Shown: positions 8,084 through 17,975, counted from the stretch's first letter. The stretch is DNA of 64,000 bases from a virus (IMGVR_UViG_3300035184_001394:1-64000), one strand, 5' to 3'. Translations and numbers: made by a program. Notes: generated from the sequence alone by a model not told the origin.

Positions 8084-8133
8084 AATTTAATTCCTAATTT
8101 AAGTTTTTTAAAGGTTTATCAATTTATGTAACT

Positions 8134-8162
8134 ATTATACTATAATCAAAGCGAAATGTCAA
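8134..8162 (-). promoter_or_regulatory. early sigma70-type promoter with conserved leader
   Basis: Minus strand TTGACA-17-TATAAT followed by AGTTACATAAATTGATAAACC. Confidence 0.75.
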
Positions 8163-8165
8163 CAG

Positions 8166-8393
8166 TTATATTGATACAAATTCGTATCTAATAAGAAGTG
8201 ACTCTACAACTAAGTAGAAAGCCCAAAACGGTATGGAAAAAGCAATGAGGGTTGACCAAAAGCCCTTAGCCAACACAATACCCCAAATCCATATGATGAA
8301 GAAAATTATTTTTACAAAAACGATTTTGTTTGTTCTCTTTGTTCTCATTATTATTGTTTTTCCTGTGTTGGATCTGCTGGTAAATTCGTCCAA
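8166..8393 (-). CDS. small membrane protein (75 aa)
   Basis: Two hydrophobic helices (IVFVKIIFFIIWIWGIVLA, LIAFSIPFWAFYLVV). Confidence 0.45.
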   Translation of the reverse strand: MDEFTSRSNTGKTIIMRTKRTNKIVFVKIIFFIIWIWGIVLAKGFWSTLIAFSIPFWAFYLVVESLLIRYEFVSI

Positions 8394-8659
8394 TATGAAA
8401 TATCAGACTTATAAAATTTGTTTCCATTTGTGTCTCGAAATGTGTGAGAGTTGCGGCAAAACTCTCCTCTTAATGTACCAATATGTTTACCGGCATAAAA
8501 GAGTATTGGAGTGTGAAACGGTGGTGTATTATCTTTAACACTCAGCCATTGTGTCTTTGTTAGTGATGCTATATACTTTTTCAATACTCTTATATCTTCA
8601 TACAAGTTATATATAGAATTGCGAGACATCTCGGGCGATGTCTCGCAATTCGAAATCAT
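8351..8659 (-). CDS. hypothetical protein, DUF551-like C-terminal region
   Basis: WLSVKDNTPPFHTPILFY...ISYWTNLP resembles the DUF551 pattern (W.s..d.lP...vLv). Assignment is weak. Confidence 0.4.
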   Translation of the reverse strand: MISNCETSPEMSRNSIYNLYEDIRVLKKYIASLTKTQWLSVKDNTPPFHTPILFYAGKHIGTLRGEFCRNSHTFRDTNGNKFYKSDISYWTNLPADPTQEKQ

Positions 8660-8729
8660 GTTCGTCTGACCAAAGTTTTAAATTATCCATTTTTAGTAAT
8701 CCACGCTGTTAATATATTAAACAAATGAC

Positions 8730-9023
8730 TCAAGAACAAATCACACCAATTGCACCGCCGAGTATTAAAATATGTTGAGCTTTCTTTCTTTTTATTTTTT
8801 CAGCGGCTGTTAATACTTTTCGTTTCGGTGGGAATAATTTTCTATCTTCAATATAAGCTAAAGATTCAGCTCTACTCATATTATATAATGCAGCAGCTTG
8901 TTTTTTTCGTTGTGAGTTTGAAATTTGAACAACTTCTACTTTTGCTTCTTCTAGATAATTTTTATGTTTATTTTGAGTCATAATTATAGTTCTCTGTTTG
9001 GTGTTGTTTTTGATGTTAGCCAT
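8730..9023 (-). CDS. hypothetical protein with C-terminal TM anchor
   Basis: ORF track. ATG overlaps the upstream stop (ATGGCTAA). C-terminal ILILGGAIGVICS. Confidence 0.45.
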   Translation of the reverse strand: MANIKNNTKQRTIIMTQNKHKNYLEEAKVEVVQISNSQRKKQAAALYNMSRAESLAYIEDRKLFPPKRKVLTAAEKIKRKKAQHILILGGAIGVICS

Positions 9024-9198
9024 AGATCAGAATCAATTTATAAAATTTGTAAGTAGTACTACATATCTCGATTGTGTCCGGACATTTTGCTAAAGCTCTC
9101 TCCTCGGATTTACCGCCTACTACTAAATCAGTGCGACGCCCTGCGGTTTTACTAGTATGTGTCGAGATAGATTTATAAACAGCCTTGAATGTCATCAT
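9016..9198 (-). CDS. hypothetical protein (60 aa)
   Basis: ORF track; lies directly downstream of a promoter/leader cassette. Confidence 0.4.
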   Translation of the reverse strand: MMTFKAVYKSISTHTSKTAGRRTDLVVGGKSEERALAKCPDTIEICSTTYKFYKLILIYG

Positions 9199-9228
9199 AA
9201 TATATTACCTTTATCAATTTATGTAACT

Positions 9229-9257
9229 ATTATACTAAAATCAAAGTAAAATGTCAA
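9229..9257 (-). promoter_or_regulatory. early sigma70-type promoter with conserved leader
   Basis: Minus strand TTGACA-17-TATAAT, then AGTTACATAAATTGATAAAGG. Confidence 0.75.
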
Positions 9258-9264
9258 CGTTTAA

Positions 9265-9753
9265 TTAAATTTCTTCAACAGTACAACCAAAGTATTTGTT
9301 TTGTGTAACTTTAATTATGTGATTCGATCTGTTCTCGTAGATAGCCCAGAGAGGGGTTTCATTAATAACACTATGATCTTTAATTTTATAAGCATAACTA
9401 TTTAAGATACCGTTCGCATATCTAATATTTTTTGTCATAACTTGCTTAAACATCCTTTCAGTATGAGTTTCAAATTCTTTGATAACTCCGGTTATCAAAC
9501 ACCACTTATGATAAAATACAGGACAATGAACGCCATAAGAAGGAATATCATTCAAATCAAGACCTACAGTATTATCTAAGTTATCAGTAAGAACTCTTGT
9601 TTTTCTGTGTATATCATCTTCATCACCACCGTGATGTTTAACATGTATTTTCACAAGTGACTGGTGAGTAGTTGCTTTTTTACTTCCGTCTCCCATTATG
9701 TTAGTACAAGAGTCCAAATAGTCTTTGATTAATGGTAGCATTTCATTATACAT
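9265..9753 (-). CDS. hypothetical protein (162 aa)
   Basis: ORF track; no motif recognised. Confidence 0.55.
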   Translation of the reverse strand: MYNEMLPLIKDYLDSCTNIMGDGSKKATTHQSLVKIHVKHHGGDEDDIHRKTRVLTDNLDNTVGLDLNDIPSYGVHCPVFYHKWCLITGVIKEFETHTERMFKQVMTKNIRYANGILNSYAYKIKDHSVINETPLWAIYENRSNHIIKVTQNKYFGCTVEEI

Positions 9754-9784
9754 AGTGTAGTTTCCTTTATTAATTTATGGAATT

Positions 9785-9813
9785 ATAATAATACAAATTA
9801 AAATAAATGTCAA
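9785..9813 (-). promoter_or_regulatory. early sigma70-type promoter
   Basis: Minus strand TTGACA-17-TATTAT. Confidence 0.55.
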
Positions 9814-9884
9814 AGCTTATTTTAGATTACAAACAAAAAAGGTTCTCGCAATTAAGGAGAACCTTTTAATTAGTTTATTTTATT

Positions 9885-10748
9885 TTAATTTGTGCGCATA
9901 TCCAATATCGGCATTCCGCCTTCACCAAGGATGGTATATGGCAATTGACCATTCCATTGTTGTGCTTCAGTTAAGTCGACAATAAGTGGATTACTTTTCA
10001 GTGCAGCAGCTTTTGCTTTAATAGCGGAAGCTTCAGCTTCACCTTTTAATCGAATTGAGTTCGCTTCAGCTTCAGCAACAAAGTTAATACCGTCAGCTTT
10101 TGCTTTTGCTATGTTAACACCCTGTTGAGCAACTAGTGCTTGCTTATCAAGATTGAATTGTTCAGCATCAGCTAAGTTTTTAGCAGTCTGTTTAGTTTCA
10201 ATTGATTGCAAGTACTTTGGTGGTAACGTAATATTCTCAATTTGAATGTTATCAACTTTGACTGGGAACGGAGTCATTTCTTCAATTAATAATGATTCAA
10301 TCAACATAATAGCAGAACTACGATCTTGTATTAACTTTTCCGCAGTAAACTTAGGAATAACATCCTTGGTAGCAGAACGGAATCGTGGATCTAATATTCG
10401 ATTTTCAAATTGTTGAAGGCCGCCGTATTGTTTAAATAATTCAAGCGCAGCAGTTTTGTCGACTGTCCAGTTAACAGACACCTTCACTGTGACTGGCATT
10501 TGTTCTGCAGTGCTTGAAGTCATTGCTTCTTCGTTTTTACGAGTACGGATTTCAATTTCTTCGACAGTATCTGCGAATGGTATTTTAAATCGCAAACCTG
10601 GGTTTTGTTGACTTTTTGCTTCAGAGAAGCGTTTAACGATTCCCACGTGTCCTTCAGATACAGTGTACCAGCTTGACCACAATAGAAGAAATATTAGTAG
10701 TCCAATGATAGATGCTACGATAGTTTTAATTGGTAATGTTTTTTGCAT
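9885..10748 (-). CDS. SPFH / band-7 (prohibitin/HflC-like) membrane protein
   Basis: N-terminal TM (IVASIIGLLIFLLLW), band-7 core (EGHVGIVKRFSEA...LRFKIPF...V.V.V.W.V) and an Ala-rich coiled C-terminus. Confidence 0.8.
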   Translation of the reverse strand: MQKTLPIKTIVASIIGLLIFLLLWSSWYTVSEGHVGIVKRFSEAKSQQNPGLRFKIPFADTVEEIEIRTRKNEEAMTSSTAEQMPVTVKVSVNWTVDKTAALELFKQYGGLQQFENRILDPRFRSATKDVIPKFTAEKLIQDRSSAIMLIESLLIEEMTPFPVKVDNIQIENITLPPKYLQSIETKQTAKNLADAEQFNLDKQALVAQQGVNIAKAKADGINFVAEAEANSIRLKGEAEASAIKAKAAALKSNPLIVDLTEAQQWNGQLPYTILGEGGMPILDMRTN

Positions 10749-10882
10749 TTAGTTTTTTCCTTTGGTTGTTATTATAAATTTAAGTTTGTTAATAGTTTGT
10801 TATATTTTGCATTTTCGAAAGAGTTTTTAAAATCTCCATATTTAAACGGGCTCTAATTTTATTCTAGAATCCGTGTATATCG

Positions 10883-10906
10883 ATGAGGGTGGAATTTCCA
10901 CCCTCA
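10883..10906 (-). terminator. GC-rich perfect palindrome (possible terminator or RNA-stability hairpin)
   Basis: ATGAGGGTGGAA/TTCCACCCTCAT lies 15 nt after the stop of ORF 10921-11238. There is no strong T-run. Confidence 0.35.
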
Positions 10907-10920
10907 TTGTCTATATTAAT

Positions 10921-11238
10921 TTAATAATTATAATCATAAAATTTTACAGGCTTTTCAGATAACAAGTAACGAGAGCCGCCAGCATCTTGCCATCTATCAT
11001 TTGCTTTGCTATATCTGATGCGGATAACTGAAGATTCAGTATCAGGTGTTATAAACCATCTTTGATCGTTTTGATTTGAACAATTCGCAGAGAACCCACC
11101 AACATGAAATTCCAATTTAAACGTTTCATCACGTACAGAATTCATTCTACGAATATCCATAGTTTTAGCAGAAACAGCACGAACAACTTCATAAGGAGTT
11201 ACGTCAGAGTAACCGTGACAATTTGCAAAATTATACAT
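10921..11238 (-). CDS. hypothetical protein (105 aa)
   Basis: ORF track; no motif recognised. Confidence 0.55.
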   Translation of the reverse strand: MYNFANCHGYSDVTPYEVVRAVSAKTMDIRRMNSVRDETFKLEFHVGGFSANCSNQNDQRWFITPDTESSVIRIRYSKANDRWQDAGGSRYLLSEKPVKFYDYNY

Positions 11239-11368
11239 AATTTATTTCCTAATTCAAGTTTTTTTAAAGGTTTATCAATTTATGTAACTATTATAATTTA
11301 TTTCCACATAATTTATTTCCTAATTCAAGTTTTTTTAAAGGTTTATCAATTTATGTAACTATTATAAT
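11236..11368 (-). repeat. 71-bp-period tandem duplication of a start codon + leader + -10 cassette (two identical 62-bp copies)
   Basis: 11236-11297 and 11307-11368 are both CATAATTTATTTCCTAATTCAAGTTTTTTTAAAGGTTTATCAATTTATGTAACTATTATAAT (plus-strand reading). Confidence 0.9.
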
Positions 11369-11389
11369 AAAATCAAAGCGAAATGTCAA
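11361..11389 (-). promoter_or_regulatory. early sigma70-type promoter
   Basis: Minus strand TTGACA-17-TATAAT. Only the distal repeat copy retains a -35 box. Confidence 0.7.
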
Positions 11390-11392
11390 CGT

Positions 11393-11581
11393 TTATTTTT
11401 TATTATGTGGAACGTTACTTTTTTCTAAACCGTTTTTCTTAAGCAGTAAAGCTACAGTTTCTCTCTCTGTACTAATTCCTATATCAAGAATATCTAAGAC
11501 TCTTATGTAACCATTTTGCTTTATTAATAAAGCAACTGATTTACCGCGAGTTAACGTTTGTAAGTTCCGTGCTTGTTTCAT
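11393..11581 (-). CDS. hypothetical protein (62 aa)
   Basis: ORF track; lies downstream of a promoter cassette. Confidence 0.45.
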   Translation of the reverse strand: MKQARNLQTLTRGKSVALLIKQNGYIRVLDILDIGISTERETVALLLKKNGLEKSNVPHNKK

Positions 11582-11610
11582 TTTTGATGCCTTTATTAAT
11601 TTATGTAACT

Positions 11611-11639
11611 ATTATAATAAAATCAAAGTAGAATGTCAA
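11611..11639 (-). promoter_or_regulatory. early sigma70-type promoter with conserved leader
   Basis: Minus strand TTGACA-17-TATAAT. Confidence 0.75.
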
Positions 11640-11652
11640 CGTTTATTTTAGT

Positions 11653-11826
11653 TTATTGAAAACCGTTTTTGTAAAAATCCGACCAGATTTCACTCTTTGT
11701 TCGAGTATCAGGTTTGTTCATTGCTGATACATGCTTAAGCTGTGGTGTGCAAGACTGACACCTCGGTTGTTCATACATGCACACAGTTCGTCGACATCCA
11801 GGGCATTCTCTTTCGTCATAACGCAT
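11653..11826 (-). CDS. small Cys-rich (zinc-ribbon-like) protein (57 aa)
   Basis: Own translation MRYDERECPGCRRTVCMYEQPRCQSCTPQLKHVSAMNKPDTRTKSEIWSDFYKNGFQ. CxxC...CxxC is present. Confidence 0.4.
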   Translation of the reverse strand: MRYDERECPGCRRTVCMYEQPRCQSCTPQLKHVSAMNKPDTRTKSEIWSDFYKNGFQ

Positions 11827-11840
11827 ATCGTTGTTCCTTA

Positions 11841-12314
11841 TTAAGTTTTAAAAGAATCTAACTCAGTTAGCTCTTCTGGTGAAATCCAATGTAGTATCTT
11901 TGTTGTATCTTTATTAGATGGAATCCACAGATTCTTGTCGCGAGACATTTTATATTTCTTATGGTCTAGTATTTTTACTATCGAACCACCATATTCATGA
12001 TCAAACATTGTAGGAGGATTTCGTATTACGCATATAAGATGATCACACGACTTAATAGTTTCGAATGCTTTACCTGTATATCCAATATGGAATCTAAAAC
12101 TTCTCTTCGTTACAAACCGAGTGCATGTTTTTATTTGAATTGTTTGCGGCAAGGCATCTTCAATATTTTCTGTAATTCTGGTATCCCAGGTACCATATTT
12201 ATCCGGATTACTCTCAACAATAAACTTGTTCTTTTCAAAAAAACTGTTTACTAATCTTTCGCCATACTCGCCTTGAGCTTCTTCTTCAGTTATAAAAATT
12301 GACCTATCAATCAT
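11841..12314 (-). CDS. hypothetical protein, possible PD-(D/E)xK nuclease fold
   Basis: E..(24)..WD..(17)..IQIKT spacing resembles a D...(E/Q)xK motif. Assignment is weak. Confidence 0.35.
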   Translation of the reverse strand: MIDRSIFITEEEAQGEYGERLVNSFFEKNKFIVESNPDKYGTWDTRITENIEDALPQTIQIKTCTRFVTKRSFRFHIGYTGKAFETIKSCDHLICVIRNPPTMFDHEYGGSIVKILDHKKYKMSRDKNLWIPSNKDTTKILHWISPEELTELDSFKT

Positions 12315-12531
12315 TTGATTCTATCGAGGAAAGTTGATTTATACTAAAAATTTTGTAAATATTGCGCAAGTAAGCTGTTTTCTTTTTATCAAACTCAATA
12401 AGCACACTGATTATAATATCTTGTTCAACTTCAGTTATTTTTACTGGAACGTCTTCCCAATTAGTATCAGCAGTGTTGCCGATTAACTCAAAATGACCTA
12501 GGTAAAAATCTTCTTCGTTTAATTCAACCAT
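12307..12531 (-). CDS. hypothetical protein (74 aa)
   Basis: ORF track; overlaps the downstream gene start by 8 nt. Confidence 0.45.
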   Translation of the reverse strand: MVELNEEDFYLGHFELIGNTADTNWEDVPVKITEVEQDIIISVLIEFDKKKTAYLRNIYKIFSINQLSSIESND

Positions 12532-12597
12532 AATTTATTTCCTGTATTAATTTAAGAGAGTATTGTATCACGTCCTTGTGATAATTCAAATTTTATT

Positions 12598-15138
12598 TTA
12601 GCAAAAGAATTCATCAAGCGTGTCGCGTTTTTCAGCAGACCAACCTATTGCTTCAACAATTGCTCGAACTGGTGCAAGAAATACTTTCTCGAATTGCAGA
12701 TCGTAATCTATGTACTTGTCTAAACCCAATTCTTGTGGTAACACGCCCGGGAACGATACAATATTTTCGCGTAATGGATTTGGAACTTTCAAATACAGAA
12801 CTTTAACTTTATCTCCACCAATTATATGTTGATACTGTTTAGCTAAACCAGAATCATCTATCATCTTATTATATAGCAAAGCACCACGAACATGGAATGG
12901 ACAACCCTTTTTGTATATTGATTTTTTATCAGAATATTTACCAATATTATCAGTACCTGACGTCTTAGCTACAGAGTGAGCAGGTAACGAATAAAACTCA
13001 GATTTGAAGTCGCTAATAAACTCTTGAACATCTTCTTCACTACCATTCATAATTACTTCGAAAGACTTTTTCATTTTATCGCGACAGACTTGAGGTGTCG
13101 AAGATCGAACAGATTCTAAACCAGTCACAGAGATTTTAGGTTTATCATAATGAACACCTTCACTGTTTAACGTATTCATGATATAACGCTTCTTAGCTAT
13201 AAACACTGATTTATCTGTAATCTTTTCGCGCTTCATTACCATAGCATTACGATAGGCGCCTAAGTCTTTTGCTAAATTAACATAACCATCTTCGATTACT
13301 TTTTCAATTTTAGTACCACAAATCTTATCAAGGAACTGTTCTCCTTCATCACGAGAAATATCAGTTGTACCAAAAGCAGCTTCTATTAATGGACCAAAGT
13401 CTACATATATAGAATCCGTATCAATATAAACAATATAATCTTTGGATGTTGACTTGAGTATTTTATTCAAGTATTCATTAACTGATTTTTCAGCACAACG
13501 AATTGCCAACTGGCCTGACGTAGTAATTGCTTCAGCCATATCATTAATATAATACAAGAAGTAGATATTTGCGACAGCACCGTAAAGGCTGTTCATGGCG
13601 ATCTTTATAGCCATTTGCTGGTTATGTAATTGACTGGCTTGTTTCTTAAGTTCTTTTAGTTTAACGGGATCTTTTTCTATTTCAACTAACTTTTCAACTT
13701 CAAGCATTTCTGTCTTAATAACTTTACGATTACCATAATAAGTTGCGATTATTTCAGGGATAACACCGAGTTTATTATTATCAAAACACGAGCCATTAGC
13801 ACCAACTGACATATCTTTATTATTATTCTTATATTCACGGTTTAAAACCATTTCTTGAGTAACATATTCGTGTTCGTGTGGAAGATATGTTTCTGGTGAC
13901 ATGTTAAATTGCATCATCAAATGCGGATACAGACTGTTTAAATCGAATGATACAATCCACGGATGCATCCCAACTTTGGGATCTTTAACAAAACCACCAA
14001 CAAGATTAGAGCGAATTCCAGGGCTACCTTTAACTGGAGGTACAATCTTATCTTTAATAAGTTTGCGGTAAATTGTACTTTCCCATATACCAACAGTACC
14101 AAATGCATCATTATAGTTTACACCACCTGAATAAGCAACAGTCATAACTAATGATAGTAAACCAGTTTCTTCTTCGAATCTTTGAATAAGTCGAGTATCT
14201 TGTAAGTTATAATCTAAATATAACTGTGGATTTTGTTCATACAAATCAGTAAGAGTACCATAAGCAGAATAATCTAATTTCTTTTCACCAAGTATGACGT
14301 GAGCAATATGATCAAGTTTAAATGATTCCTGAGGACCATACTTATAACCAAACTTTTTAAACGCATCCATGTAATCAATTATTGATATACCAGATATTGA
14401 ATAAGTTGATTGTTCTTTACCAAAGAATTCGCGAGATGTCTTTTTTATTGATCTCCAAGGAGAGAAGTCACGGGCTTTTTCTTCACCAAACAGTCGCATC
14501 ACTCGAGTTACAATATACATAATATCGAAGTATTCAACATTCCAACCGGTAACTACATCAGGATAATCAGCTTTCCATAAGTCGATAAAACGAGATAACA
14601 TTGCTACTTCACTTTCGAATTTAACAAAGACAATATCAGCTGGATCAATACCGGTTATAGTCTTAGTTTTATCGAAGTCTTTACGACCTAACAGAAAATA
14701 TTTGTTAGACTTAGAAGACTTGTATGATATAGAAGTTATTTCTTTATCAGCTTCTTCAATATTTGGATAGCCATCTGATATATCAACTTCAATATCGAAT
14801 GAGCATATGTTAACTAGTGAAATATCAAAAGTAATATCGTCAGGATATTCTTCTTGAATAAACTGAGATACATAGTTAGTGTTACCGTATATTTTGAAGT
14901 TACTCACTTCCTTATAAAGTGCAATAAATTCTTTAGCGTCTCCCATTGAATCAAACTTTTGTGGATTCAATCGCTTATCGCTATATAGTGATTTGTAATC
15001 TCCTTCTGATTTCTTAGTGTGTAAATAAAGTGTTGGACCAAATGGAACACGCTCTGAAAAACGTTCGCCATCTTTGTATCCGCGCCACAGCATATTATTG
15101 CCATATCTTTCAACTGATGTATAAAAATTATTACTCAT
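12598..15138 (-). CDS. 43: DNA polymerase gp43 (family B)
   Basis: Exo motifs FDIEV, GWNVEYFDIMY and YNLQDT. Pol motifs SFDLNSLYPHLM (DxxSLYP), KIAMNSLYGAV (KxxxNSxYG) and YIDTDSIYV (DTDS). Confidence 0.95.
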   Translation of the reverse strand: MSNNFYTSVERYGNNMLWRGYKDGERFSERVPFGPTLYLHTKKSEGDYKSLYSDKRLNPQKFDSMGDAKEFIALYKEVSNFKIYGNTNYVSQFIQEEYPDDITFDISLVNICSFDIEVDISDGYPNIEEADKEITSISYKSSKSNKYFLLGRKDFDKTKTITGIDPADIVFVKFESEVAMLSRFIDLWKADYPDVVTGWNVEYFDIMYIVTRVMRLFGEEKARDFSPWRSIKKTSREFFGKEQSTYSISGISIIDYMDAFKKFGYKYGPQESFKLDHIAHVILGEKKLDYSAYGTLTDLYEQNPQLYLDYNLQDTRLIQRFEEETGLLSLVMTVAYSGGVNYNDAFGTVGIWESTIYRKLIKDKIVPPVKGSPGIRSNLVGGFVKDPKVGMHPWIVSFDLNSLYPHLMMQFNMSPETYLPHEHEYVTQEMVLNREYKNNNKDMSVGANGSCFDNNKLGVIPEIIATYYGNRKVIKTEMLEVEKLVEIEKDPVKLKELKKQASQLHNQQMAIKIAMNSLYGAVANIYFLYYINDMAEAITTSGQLAIRCAEKSVNEYLNKILKSTSKDYIVYIDTDSIYVDFGPLIEAAFGTTDISRDEGEQFLDKICGTKIEKVIEDGYVNLAKDLGAYRNAMVMKREKITDKSVFIAKKRYIMNTLNSEGVHYDKPKISVTGLESVRSSTPQVCRDKMKKSFEVIMNGSEEDVQEFISDFKSEFYSLPAHSVAKTSGTDNIGKYSDKKSIYKKGCPFHVRGALLYNKMIDDSGLAKQYQHIIGGDKVKVLYLKVPNPLRENIVSFPGVLPQELGLDKYIDYDLQFEKVFLAPVRAIVEAIGWSAEKRDTLDEFFC

Positions 15139-15167
15139 TATATGCCTTTTTCATTATATTGTTTGCT

Positions 15168-15196
15168 ATTATATACAATCTAACTACAAATGTCAA
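15168..15196 (-). promoter_or_regulatory. early sigma70-type promoter
   Basis: Minus strand TTGACA-17-TATAAT upstream of gene 43. Confidence 0.75.
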
Positions 15197-15201
15197 CTAT
15201 T

Positions 15202-16914
15202 TTATAATACAACATCACTAAAATTTTTAATTTTTTGGAATTTAATATGAGCAGCAAATTTTTCAGCAAACTGATCACCTCGATGCGATATCACAAATAT
15301 GTTATCATCGCTGTTCACACTATGTAATGTCTCTATTAGATTTTCAATACCAACACCATCTAAAGCACCGTCTAGTGTTTCATCAAGAATCAACAAATTA
15401 GTAGATACAGAATTTCTTAATTTTGCAACTGATCTCCAAGATAACATTATAGCTAAAGTGATGCGAAGTTTCTCACCTTCAGAAAAAGAAGCATAAGAGA
15501 ATTTATCACGGAATCTTGATTTTATTATTTCGTTAAAGTTCTCGTCTAATTGGAAGTCTACGAATAAATCAAACTCAGCAAGATACTTATTAATCAATTT
15601 ATTCATGACAGGAATATACTGACTAATAATGCGAGCCTTAATGCCGCCATCTTTTAATATAGTACTCACAACGCCAAGTGTATTTTTAGCTTCAAGTAGT
15701 GAGTTATGTTCGCACTGTATACTAGATAAATGATCTTTAAGTTCAATAATACTGTTACTATCAACTTCTTTCATCTCTTTTTCAGCTGAATCTAAATCTT
15801 TCTTATAACTAGCGAGAGCATTCTTCCCTATTTTTATTTCTGAGCGACACTCCATTATTTCGACGTTGTTGCTTTTAATTAAATTTTCAATCGCAAGAAT
15901 TTCTTCTAATCGATCTTCAAATTGTCTAATCTTAACATCAATATCAATTAGCGCTTGCTGTATTTCGTCTCTCTTCTTATTCTTTTCTTGAATAACATCA
16001 ACTTTAAAATCGTGATCAATTCCCTGCTTGCATACAGGACAGTTATCGTTTTCATGATAAAAACTAAGATCTCTTGTAAAATTAAGGCTAACTTTTTCAA
16101 GGTCGCGTCGTATATTTCTGGCTTTATCAAATTTAGATTTGGCGTTCTTCTTATCTTCTATTTGAGAAGCGTATCCGTTAAACACTTGTTCAAAACCATC
16201 TATTTTTACATCACAATCTTTTATATGATCCAAATGACTACGCATTTTAGATCGTATTTTTTCGACTTCAGTTTTGCGTATTTTTTGAATTGATTTGTTG
16301 TGTTCTTTCGCTGATGTTATTTTATTTTCAGTTAAATCAAGTTGATATGCATTTTCGCTAATATCTAATTTGTTCTGACTGATGCGATCTTTAGCTAACA
16401 CATTCATAGTACTAAAAACTTGTATATCTAACAAATCTTCAATGATATCACGTCGCTGTGACGGAGACAATTCCATGAAGGGAACATATGTTGCACTACC
16501 TAATACAACTATTTGATTAAATGATTTGTAATTAATACCCAGAATGTTTTGCTCTAGATACGATTGATAATCGCGCGAAGCTGCATCTTGGTCGATCAGT
16601 TTACCGTTCTTAAAAATTTCAAATATTCCAGGTTTCATCCCACGTCTAATTAAATACTCTGCACCGGTTGCATTAAACTCAACTTCAACTAACATATCTT
16701 TGTCGTTGATTGAATTTATTAATTGAGCTTTGTTGACTTTTCTAAAAGCCTTTCCATATAGACCAAATACAATCGCGTCTAATATAGTACTTTTACCACT
16801 ACCATTGGCTCCACTAATTAGTGTCGAGTTACGACGATCTAAATCAATATGAGTAAAGACGTTTCCTGTTGATAATAAATTTTTATATCTAACTTTCTTA
16901 AAATGTATCCTCAT
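15202..16914 (-). CDS. 46: recombination endonuclease subunit gp46 (Rad50/SbcC-like ATPase)
   Basis: Walker A GANGSGKST, long coiled coil with a CPVC zinc hook (NCPVCKQG), signature SEGEKLR and Walker B LLILDE. Confidence 0.85.
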   Translation of the reverse strand: MRIHFKKVRYKNLLSTGNVFTHIDLDRRNSTLISGANGSGKSTILDAIVFGLYGKAFRKVNKAQLINSINDKDMLVEVEFNATGAEYLIRRGMKPGIFEIFKNGKLIDQDAASRDYQSYLEQNILGINYKSFNQIVVLGSATYVPFMELSPSQRRDIIEDLLDIQVFSTMNVLAKDRISQNKLDISENAYQLDLTENKITSAKEHNKSIQKIRKTEVEKIRSKMRSHLDHIKDCDVKIDGFEQVFNGYASQIEDKKNAKSKFDKARNIRRDLEKVSLNFTRDLSFYHENDNCPVCKQGIDHDFKVDVIQEKNKKRDEIQQALIDIDVKIRQFEDRLEEILAIENLIKSNNVEIMECRSEIKIGKNALASYKKDLDSAEKEMKEVDSNSIIELKDHLSSIQCEHNSLLEAKNTLGVVSTILKDGGIKARIISQYIPVMNKLINKYLAEFDLFVDFQLDENFNEIIKSRFRDKFSYASFSEGEKLRITLAIMLSWRSVAKLRNSVSTNLLILDETLDGALDGVGIENLIETLHSVNSDDNIFVISHRGDQFAEKFAAHIKFQKIKNFSDVVL

Positions 16915-17975
16915 GGTAAATTTATTGCCTCTAAATATAGCTCGTCCATAATAGACTTAACGGTACCTGTATCAACTGAAGTTTTAATAGAATCTATATA
17001 GTTGTGTAATATTTCTTTAGTATCTTTAGATTCATCAAGAATTTCATTAACACCGGTAGATTCAAAGTTTAAAGAATCATCAATAGATTTTACGTCAGCA
17101 GCTCCAGCTTCAGTTAATCTGTTCATAAACATATCATACAAGTATGCGTTTGTTCTATGCTTAACAATTACTTTAATAAAACAATTTTTTAACGGTGCTA
17201 AATCTAGGCTAGCAACATCATCAATATTCATGTCTCTATCGTCATAATCTATTTTATGGAATATGCGATTTGGATTTTCTACTTTAACCATAGAGCGACT
17301 TTCTGTATCAAATACATGAAATCCACGACTACATTCATAATCAGACCAATTCATCTCATAAGGTGCACCTAAGTACTCAATATTTCTATATCGCGATGGA
17401 TGATGGAAATGACCAGAAAATACGTTCTCAAAATTCTTAAATACTTTCATATCTAAACCATGAACACATAACGAACCTTTCATCATTTCAAAGCCTTTCA
17501 ATTCTAGATGACCCATAACTATATTAGCATCTGTATTTTCTATGCTAGTCATAACCTGTTCGAAATTTGTTTTTGTAATCCACGGTAACATTAAGAATTT
17601 AGTTGAACCTAAAACTAATTCAGTTGCTGCAGATTCATACATATTAAAATTAGGATATTCTCGCAATAGAAGATCCATCGAATTGACTTCGTTTGTGTTA
17701 GTATAGAATGTAGTATGATTACCAACAAGCGTGTGAAATTCTATTCCACGTTTAGCTAATTGACCAAAGAAGAAATCCTTAGAGCGCTTTAAACTTAAAT
17801 AATTGATATACTTTCTTCTATCAAATGTGTCACCAAGATCAAATACGACTTTAATATCATTTGCGTCTATATACGGAAAGAACTGCTCCATAAAGAATTG
17901 TTCTTGGTGATCAAGGAATACTTTACTGTCCCCTCTTGCACCGATATGTATATCAGTAACAATAGCTATTTTCAT
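16911..17975 (-). CDS. 47: recombination endonuclease subunit gp47 (Mre11/SbcD-like)
   Basis: Calcineurin-like phosphoesterase motifs DIHIG, GDTFDR, GNHT, GHLE and GHFHH. There is a 4-nt overlap with gene 46. Confidence 0.85.
   Translation of the reverse strand: MKIAIVTDIHIGARGDSKVFLDHQEQFFMEQFFPYIDANDIKVVFDLGDTFDRRKYINYLSLKRSKDFFFGQLAKRGIEFHTLVGNHTTFYTNTNEVNSMDLLLREYPNFNMYESAATELVLGSTKFLMLPWITKTNFEQVMTSIENTDANIVMGHLELKGFEMMKGSLCVHGLDMKVFKNFENVFSGHFHHPSRYRNIEYLGAPYEMNWSDYECSRGFHVFDTESRSMVKVENPNRIFHKIDYDDRDMNIDDVASLDLAPLKNCFIKVIVKHRTNAYLYDMFMNRLTEAGAADVKSIDDSLNFESTGVNEILDESKDTKEILHNYIDSIKTSVDTGTVKSIMDELYLEAINLP

Noticed and set aside
10883-10906. Locally GC-rich patches (10883-10906, 33774-33809 and 44921-44950) were checked as possible tRNA or small RNA genes.
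   Set aside because: They are too short, no cloverleaf arms or T-loop GTTCxAxxC motif can be drawn, and simple hairpins explain them.
15955-16293. A 112-aa plus-strand ORF, and a minus-strand alternative-frame ORF at 15948-16130.
   Set aside because: Both lie inside the gp46 coiled-coil region. AT-rich coiled-coil coding sequence commonly yields spurious ORFs.
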